Source: Promethearchaeota archaeon
Lineage (GTDB): Archaea > Asgardarchaeota > Hermodarchaeia > Hermodarchaeales > Hermodarchaeaceae
Length of the DNA stretch: 64,000 nt
Assembly: GCA_048939625.1 (NCBI GenBank)
Contig: JBHLPH010000006.1
Location: 1 to 64,000, forward strand
Direction of reading: 5' to 3'
The notes under the pieces were generated by a model. That model saw only the letters and a program-made list of their open reading frames with translations. It was not told where the DNA came from and searched no databases. Position 1 is the first letter of the stretch. The number at the start of each line of letters is the position of its first letter. The position numbers and the translations under genes are program-made. This document shows, in pieces, positions 57,777 through 64,000 of this stretch.

Positions 57777-57867
57777 GCATCACTCCTACACGCTAATAGG
57801 GTAAATAGTCAGCGGTGTAATTCTCTTTGAAAGATCAAATAAGACCAAAAAATAGTTCTATAGTCGA

Positions 57868-58737
57868 CTACGCTGACTCCTCGAGTTCCTCTCCAGGCGT
57901 AATCTCCACCTTCTTTTGGCGGCGCCGCCACACCACCAAAGCACCCACGACCACACATAAGCCAATCGCCCAAGGGGTTACCAACAGGACAATTTCAAGA
58001 CCGGACCCACCAATAAGAGGGGGTGGAGGAGGAGGTGGTCCATTTTCGGGATTATTGTCCACTTGAATGTTGTCAATCCATTGAGTATAATTGTGGCGCA
58101 TTCTGATACCAAAATAAGAACAAGTCGTAGGGCAAGGGCCCGGATGAAGGGTTTCGTTGGTTTGGAAGGAAATTCCCGTTTCGGGCTCATCTCCTGTATA
58201 GTTGAGCCACACATACAAATGTCCCTGAGGTGTTCGGACGATGTCTACATGAACCATCTCAATAATGTGAGGCCCATATAAGGGCTCTACAAACCCACCA
58301 TGGTAGGAGATGATACCATTCATGACTTTTTGGAGTTCGTACTTGTGCGGTTTTGCTACATCACCCCCATACCAAGTCTCCTTGTATTCTATTTGGTAGG
58401 AATTGAGTGGATCTCCTGAAGATGCGAAGCCGTCAGCGAGGAAAAAAATAGTATAACGCCTATGGTTATCATTTTTAACATAATATATGTCGAACCGCCA
58501 CCAGCCATAGGCGACGTCACTTTCATGGAAGATGAAACTTTCAAAGCGGTTTGTTGCAGTGAGCCGACCGTTATCAATGGCAAAACCTCCACGTAAGGTT
58601 GTCCAGTTATCGAGAGCATCGTCACCAGTGAAGGTTTCACCCCATCTAGGTGTCGCAGTGCTTGAATCGGGAACTGTAAATGTGACGCAAAGCAATGCCA
58701 TGAACAGCATTGCTGCGAAGCACAGCCTTCTTCTCAT
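57868..58737 (-). CDS. single-pass surface protein (paralogue B)
   Basis: Same motif set and C-terminal TM/tail as paralogue A. Confidence 0.8.
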   Translation of the reverse strand: MRRRLCFAAMLFMALLCVTFTVPDSSTATPRWGETFTGDDALDNWTTLRGGFAIDNGRLTATNRFESFIFHESDVAYGWWRFDIYYVKNDNHRRYTIFFLADGFASSGDPLNSYQIEYKETWYGGDVAKPHKYELQKVMNGIISYHGGFVEPLYGPHIIEMVHVDIVRTPQGHLYVWLNYTGDEPETGISFQTNETLHPGPCPTTCSYFGIRMRHNYTQWIDNIQVDNNPENGPPPPPPPLIGGSGLEIVLLVTPWAIGLCVVVGALVVWRRRQKKVEITPGEELEESA

Positions 58738-58965
58738 TCAGAGACCCTCCAACCTGAGCCATATTGACTAGTATTGTATATATCTGTTCGGATTTCATCG
58801 GCAGCTATGGTAGCTTGTGACCTGAGATATTCGGTACTTCCTGGCATTTAAGCCACGTTCACCGGTTCAGGGCAGAAACAGGACAAACTGCATGGAATTT
58901 AGAATATTTTGTTTCCTAAGGAGGAACCAAAAGAGCCAGGATTGACTTGCACTTGAAGAAAATGG

Positions 58966-58999
58966 GAATACCAGGGACGTGGATGCCGCCCTGGTATTC
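58966..58999 (-). terminator. 11-bp inverted repeat between paralogues C and B
   Basis: GAATACCAGGG-N12-CCCTGGTATTC, followed on the minus strand by CCATTTTCTT. Confidence 0.5.
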
Positions 59000-59106
59000 G
59001 TGTCCTATGCGGATGGAGTGTGTATTTTTGAAAACATTCGACTCGGGTAACTATTCTTCGTGAAGGCTCAGTGTGAGAATCTGGATCGATAATCAACCTG
59101 ATGACA

Positions 59107-59919
59107 TTATTCTTTGAGTTCTTCTCCTGGTGTTATGTCCACTTTCTTTTGGCGGTGTCGCCAAACTACTAATCCTCCTACTACTAAGCATAAACCAATA
59201 GCCCAGGGCGTTACGAGCAGAACTTCCGGCGGAATTTTATTAATTGTTTCAGTGTTTAAAGCGGGGTCAATGGGATCTGGTCCGTTCTCTGGATTGTTAT
59301 CAACGCAAATGTTGTCAATCCATACCTGCTGATGGTGGTCAAGAACGATGTCAAAATAGGCAGAGGTGGTATGACTGACATCATAAGTGTCAAAGAAGAT
59401 ATGGTTCGTTGAGTAATTCGCCCAGACATACATGTACCCATCATATCTTCGAACGATGTCAAAATGCATCATGATATGAATTTGATCGTACAAAGTGCCA
59501 TTACGAAACCCATCCAAGTAATGTGGTTCATAATCCATCGTTTTCATTATTTGATAGAAAAAGGCCCAGCCCTCAAGACAATATCCATTTTGTGGGCGAT
59601 CCCAGAGTATATCCTCAGAAGCAATAAAGAATACGTGCCAGCTCAGATGGTAGTCAGTTCTGATGAAATACACATCGAAGCTCCAATACCCATAGGAGTT
59701 CGTACTCTCATGGCGCATGACGTTTATTTCACGGTTTGTTCCCGAGACTCGGCCGTCCTCAATAACAAATCCGCCTTCAACTATCGTCCAGCCATCTAAG
59801 ACGCCATCATCAAAGTCGTCCGTCCATTGGATGCTCGCGGAGCTTGATAGTGAGAATTTACCGATGCTCAAAAGCAGAAGCAGCATCAGGACTGGAATTA
59901 TTACGAAGCGTTTTCGCAT
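59107..59919 (-). CDS. single-pass surface protein (paralogue C)
   Basis: MRKRF signal peptide; WTDDFDDG.L.GW, YGYWSFD, WIDNICVDNNPENGP, same TM/tail. Confidence 0.8.
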   Translation of the reverse strand: MRKRFVIIPVLMLLLLLSIGKFSLSSSASIQWTDDFDDGVLDGWTIVEGGFVIEDGRVSGTNREINVMRHESTNSYGYWSFDVYFIRTDYHLSWHVFFIASEDILWDRPQNGYCLEGWAFFYQIMKTMDYEPHYLDGFRNGTLYDQIHIMMHFDIVRRYDGYMYVWANYSTNHIFFDTYDVSHTTSAYFDIVLDHHQQVWIDNICVDNNPENGPDPIDPALNTETINKIPPEVLLVTPWAIGLCLVVGGLVVWRHRQKKVDITPGEELKE

Positions 59920-60057
59920 GACATACACACTCCAGAAGTGGCTTCCAAAAACTGAGGTCACTCCACTAAGGAGAAGTGTGTCTTCGTGGCATATTAACCC
60001 GTGTTTGGTGATCGGTTTACAAAGTGAACGCTACTTATAAGGCGCTTGGACGGTTTG

Positions 60058-61020
60058 TCAACCGAGGAGGTGTTGCCAGAACCGTTCGTTTAATCCTGGG
60101 TAGTAATGGTGGGCAAAATAGACGATGGGTCGAACGGATACCACATCTTCGAGTTCTTTGATTCGTTTGATGATTTCAGGTGAATAATTGGCGATGTCGA
60201 CAAGGAACATCGAAAAGAGGACTGGCGCCGAAGCACTGGCGTGGGTAAACCAGTATTCCATGGGATATGTTCGTTTTAGAAGGGCGACGATGGATCGGCG
60301 TGTTTCATCGCCACCCTGAAACTCGGTGCGGGCATAGAATCGGGTTGCCCCACCTTCGGCGACGTCACCATCGGTGCGGGTATGAAAACATTGTTGGGCG
60401 GTCCGATAGTCGCCAACGCCGTTTTCGTGGAACATTTGTTCGTCAGCAGAACCTTCGGTGCCAATTAATTCGGTGAGCAGTTTTCGGACCCGTCGTTGGG
60501 TCATCCCAGTGTTTTGGGCAATGTCTTTGATGGGCATGCGCACGTTTTCGCGCAGGCAGCGAAGGACTTGGAGTTGCATGGATGTGAGGGGGCAGCGCTT
60601 TCCTCTTTCGATTAAAATCGTATGAAATTCAACCTCACGGATATCGTCGAGCTCATGGAGGAACAAGGTGAGTTCGTCGAGTTCTTTGGGTCCGACGTAT
60701 TTTCCCCAGACCATCACGTTGCCATCTGCTAGCAGATTGACATTGTTGATCATGGGGTAGGCACCCAGGAAATCGCGGAAGGTTTCGCTGGGTGGATGAT
60801 GTTTCAATGTTAGGATAGCTGTGAAGAAGGAGGCGTCAAGCATGGCGTAGCTGGGGATGATGAAATAGCGGCGAATGACCTTCGCTTTTTCCATCTTGAG
60901 AATCCGGTTACGCACAGCTGTAACAGAGAGCCCCAGTTTTCGCCCGATAGCCCGGTAAGAAATCCGTGCGTCCTCTAATAATGTGTAAAGAATCTGTTTG
61001 TCAATTAGGTCCACGGGCAT
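60058..61020 (-). CDS. Lrp/AsnC regulator with tandem HTH-RAM duplication
   Basis: VDLIDKQIL..L.EDARISYR and CLRENVRMPIKDIA; close paralogue of 56793-57776. Confidence 0.88.
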   Translation of the reverse strand: MPVDLIDKQILYTLLEDARISYRAIGRKLGLSVTAVRNRILKMEKAKVIRRYFIIPSYAMLDASFFTAILTLKHHPPSETFRDFLGAYPMINNVNLLADGNVMVWGKYVGPKELDELTLFLHELDDIREVEFHTILIERGKRCPLTSMQLQVLRCLRENVRMPIKDIAQNTGMTQRRVRKLLTELIGTEGSADEQMFHENGVGDYRTAQQCFHTRTDGDVAEGGATRFYARTEFQGGDETRRSIVALLKRTYPMEYWFTHASASAPVLFSMFLVDIANYSPEIIKRIKELEDVVSVRPIVYFAHHYYPGLNERFWQHLLG

Positions 61021-61155
61021 CCTTTGACCTCCCAAGCGCTACACTCTTTCACCTTATAGCGTAAATATGCAACCCTTCTCACCATTCAATAGGCTTTAGT
61101 GAATGACCCAGGCAAACGGAGAGAAAAACGTGTTGATGAGCCTCAAAGGTCTTAG

Positions 61156-61950
61156 TTATTTGGTGCCAATGGCAAAGACAATGGAGGCGTTAGCTATACC
61201 GGTTTCTTTTACTCGAACCTTCAACGCCTCTGCCTCTGTTAGGAGTTCAGGGGTTCGTTTGTGGGGCTCTAGGGACTGCAAGGTTTTGTCAACTCCCTTA
61301 ATGAAAGACGCAATCATTGATGCGGATTTGGGGTTTTCACAGCCAAACCGGTCTTCACAGAACAAGCACTTCACATACCGTGAGGAATCTAGCAAAACAA
61401 GATCAGTGAAATGGAGGGCTTCCAGCTCAGCGACTATGGATCGTCGAAATAGGGTCTCGTGATGAGTAAGTCCTTTTAGCCGATCGATTTTGGCGGTCCA
61501 ATGGTGCTCCAGAATATCAGTGTGTTGGGCTTCGCTCTGCGCGCCATCCTGATACATTTCCGAGACAATGAAATGTCCACCAGGCGTTAAGACCCGCTTA
61601 ATCTCCGCCAATACAGCGGGGACATTTTCCAGATGGTGTAACGAATTCGCAATCGACACCGTGTCAAAGAATTCATCTTCAAAGTCCAGTTGTGTGGCAT
61701 TCATTTCCAAAAAGCTAATTGTTTGATTTTGGAACCTTTTTCTGGCGTGAGCTAAGTCGTCTTGGTCTATATCAACGCCGACAAAGCTGTCGTAAGTCTT
61801 CAATGTCTTCATGAGTGTCTCAATGAAATTGCCTTTTCCAGTAGCCACATCCAAGACGGTTCCTCCCGTAATTGTCTTTAGATGGTCGGCAATTTCTCTA
61901 GCGCCCGAGGTTTCCAAGCCAGGTAATTCCGCCATGGTTAATTTCTGCAC
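61156..61950 (-). CDS. class I SAM-dependent methyltransferase
   Basis: VLDVATGKG, GVDID, FDTV, KRVLTPGG. Confidence 0.9.
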   Translation of the reverse strand: MQKLTMAELPGLETSGAREIADHLKTITGGTVLDVATGKGNFIETLMKTLKTYDSFVGVDIDQDDLAHARKRFQNQTISFLEMNATQLDFEDEFFDTVSIANSLHHLENVPAVLAEIKRVLTPGGHFIVSEMYQDGAQSEAQHTDILEHHWTAKIDRLKGLTHHETLFRRSIVAELEALHFTDLVLLDSSRYVKCLFCEDRFGCENPKSASMIASFIKGVDKTLQSLEPHKRTPELLTEAEALKVRVKETGIANASIVFAIGTK

Positions 61951-61968
61951 CTACTTAGCTTTGAATGT

Positions 61969-62811
61969 TCAGGATTTGAACTGAATGTGGACAAAGGATA
62001 CCACCTTTAACCAGTCACTGAATCGCATCAGCATTCGAGTTTTAAATTTCCACTTCGGATTCTTGGAGATTTGACTAAACATGGGAAACCAGTCAATTAC
62101 TTGAAGACGCGAGGACCACCTAGGGATTTCTTTCCAGGCATTCCCAAGCCCGAAATGCAGTTCAACCCCTTCGATGCCAAATGACCGAAACCGCCGTTTC
62201 AAGAGTCGAAGCCCGAACCGTGATGGCATGTCGAAGAGGAGTTCCCCTTCCGGTAGTTGTGTAGCCATGGTATCAAGAAGTGTGGCTACTTCTGATTCGG
62301 GGAAATAGTGAAAGAATCCACCTGCGAAGCAGAAAACCCCCTTTTCAGGAGACACTAAAATTTCTTTCAGCCAAGAGGGGGTGAAGGCGGATGTTCCTAA
62401 GTACCGATTGCGATCAGTTTGGGGGACTAACTTTTGACGATAAGCGATGGCGTCAGGTAAATCCAAATCATACCAAAGAAGCCGCCCATTATCTACTCGT
62501 GAAAAGGTCGTGTCCAACCCACACCCAATGTTTACGATTGTAGCGTCAGGATGTGAGCTGAGAAACGCTCTTATGGCATCATCAAAGATGCGAGCACGGA
62601 TCAAAAAATTTAGCCCGTAAAATTCATCGATGAACGCTTCCATGGCTGCAAACTCAGCTTCTGACTCCGGATGCATGGCTCGTACTTGCTCTATTAATTG
62701 GACTGATTGCTCATCTATCAAAAGCTCTGGATAAAGGCGACTATACATGGCTCTCGCCCACAACGGGCCCACCATCGTCGATTCGAGGGTTACAGCAATG
62801 GAATCAGACAT
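61969..62811 (-). CDS. LCM/TcmP-family SAM O-methyltransferase
   Basis: PLWARA, RARIFDD, VNIGCGLDTTFSRV, WYDLDLPD. Confidence 0.88.
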   Translation of the reverse strand: MSDSIAVTLESTMVGPLWARAMYSRLYPELLIDEQSVQLIEQVRAMHPESEAEFAAMEAFIDEFYGLNFLIRARIFDDAIRAFLSSHPDATIVNIGCGLDTTFSRVDNGRLLWYDLDLPDAIAYRQKLVPQTDRNRYLGTSAFTPSWLKEILVSPEKGVFCFAGGFFHYFPESEVATLLDTMATQLPEGELLFDMPSRFGLRLLKRRFRSFGIEGVELHFGLGNAWKEIPRWSSRLQVIDWFPMFSQISKNPKWKFKTRMLMRFSDWLKVVSFVHIQFKS

Positions 62812-62962
62812 AGCGAAGCCAACTCTACACCTACGAACCTAGCCGCGATACAAATACCTATACCATAACGCTGCAATTTATCCAAAATGCGATCTTTAAA
62901 CTTGAAATGCGTCATCTCGAAGCAGTGGCATTTGAGTGTAATTCGAGTTCAGCGTTAGATGT

Positions 62963-63163
62963 TTATGTTGAAGGCTTTGATTCGAGTATAAAGGACAGCC
63001 CGATGCCCGCAAAGAAAAACGCTAAAAATCCCAGTAGCGCTCCATAGGTGAACCCGGCGCTGATATATCCGTCCAGCGTCAGATCGCCTATGGCAAGGGC
63101 AAGTCCAACCACCAACAATGCTCCACCAACACCTAACAACAAACTACCGATATATTGGCGCAA
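62963..63163 (-). CDS. small two-TM membrane protein
   Basis: Two hydrophobic helices; upstream GTGAGGGAG and TTTATATA. Confidence 0.65.
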   Translation of the reverse strand: MRQYIGSLLLGVGGALLVVGLALAIGDLTLDGYISAGFTYGALLGFLAFFFAGIGLSFILESKPST

Positions 63164-63358
63164 AGTACTCCCTCACCTGCGAATTCACCAAACCCGTATA
63201 TAAAATTCCTTTTTTTAGCGACCAAGGGAAAACTCCCAAAAAAACAGCCACCCTAGACGCAGCGATGGACAACTCTAGCACTCTACGCCATGCTCTCAAT
63301 ACTCTTCATCACCAATATACACGTGAGTCAGAGTTAAAGAGGAAAGTTGCAATATTAG

Positions 63359-64000
63359 ATGCTTATGTTGGTATTATTAACTGGAGCCTTTGGAAATATC
63401 GGAGAAAGTACATTGTTAGCTCTGTTCGAACAGAACCATACGATACGATGCTTTGATTTGCCCACAAAAAGAAACGAGCAAACCGCAAAGAGATTGCAAA
63501 AGTATGGCGAATTTGAAACTGTTTGGGGTGATATTCGAGATACTGAAACAACACAGAACATTGTCAAGGACATCGAGTGCATCATTCATTTAGCCGCCAT
63601 CATTCCCCCTCAAAGCGAAAGGAACCCCGAGTTCACCACTGCCGTAAATGTAGGCGGAACAGTGAGTCTAATAGAAGCTGCCGAAGCCTTACCGGTCAAA
63701 CCGAAATTCATCTTAGCCAGTTCAATCTCTGTATTTGGACCTACCATGCATCTCCCTCCACCACGAAACGCCGACGATTCCCTGAACCCCACTGACACCT
63801 ATACCACCACAAAAGTCAAATGCGAAACGGCTCTCCGAGCCAGTGCACTTCCCTGGACAATCCTCCGTCTAGTAGCTGTCCCCCCCTTACATATCGGTGG
63901 TGAAATGGATCCGATGTTATTCGAAATACCACTCGACCAACGCATCGAATTCGTCCATACCCGCGATGTTGGCACTGCCTTTGCCAACGCGGTAACCACT
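63359..64000 (+). CDS. NAD-dependent epimerase/dehydratase (extended SDR), running off the window; absent from the ORF track
   Basis: My translation gives LLTGAFGNIG, WGDIRD, IIHLAAIIPP, VNVGGT, YTTTK, WTILRL, VHTRDV; open to the window end. Confidence 0.9.
   Translation, partial: MLMLVLLTGAFGNIGESTLLALFEQNHTIRCFDLPTKRNEQTAKRLQKYGEFETVWGDIRDTETTQNIVKDIECIIHLAAIIPPQSERNPEFTTAVNVGGTVSLIEAAEALPVKPKFILASSISVFGPTMHLPPPRNADDSLNPTDTYTTTKVKCETALRASALPWTILRLVAVPPLHIGGEMDPMLFEIPLDQRIEFVHTRDVGTAFANAVTT

Noticed and set aside
55819-59961. Diversity-generating retroelement (TR/VR) behind the three surface paralogues
   Set aside because: Differences in the shared region are synonymous changes at all bases, not adenine-specific, and there is no reverse transcriptase in the window
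63118-63999. Short ORFs listed at the window end
   Set aside because: They overlap the real SDR gene starting at 63359, which the track missed because it has no stop inside the window
1-64000. tRNA, rRNA, CRISPR array or IS element
   Set aside because: No cloverleaf or T-loop signature, no regularly spaced repeats, and no transposase or integrase motifs seen by eye; a short or intron-split RNA could have been missed

Overview
Gene-dense archaeal chromosomal segment with about 65 CDS. I recognised no rRNA, tRNA, CRISPR array or IS/transposase. The eukaryote-like type IB topoisomerase, HbYX-tailed PAC2 chaperone, single-OB SSBs, IPGF-type C-terminal sorting signal and expanded double-domain Lrp/AsnC regulators suggest an Asgard archaeon or a Bathyarchaeia relative; this placement is inference. 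Recognisable blocks: (1) SRAP-Ogt-TrmO operon; (2) surface and secreted proteins (GH39-like, LVIVD/FN3 protein, and a mosaic protein with an apparent Cys-Gln thioester domain); (3) ABC exporter; (4) free-standing HTH-LAGLIDADG gene with upstream hairpins, inside a sharp local GC-skew inversion; (5) three-gene membrane/Zn-ribbon module ending in a CACACAC..GGGR tail; (6) HPS, TopIB, penicillin-acylase family, PAC2-Hsp20; (7) DUF134/NifX/MinD-ferredoxin cluster with three matching palindromic operators; (8) redox genes (Zn-ferredoxin, flavin reductase-rubredoxin, BCP); (9) reductive pyrimidine catabolism cluster with no local PreT; (10) three SSB-like OB proteins with low-complexity basic tails; (11) repeated 'double Lrp/AsnC regulator + exported protein' cassettes, including three single-pass paralogues with variable ectodomains and a nearly invariant TM/cytoplasmic tail. 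The best candidates for an undescribed system are the regulator/receptor-like array (55.8-61.0 kb), the Cys-tail module (18.9-21.6 kb) and the archaeal thioester-domain adhesin (12.3-14.1 kb). All assignments come from reading motifs by eye; no searches were run.
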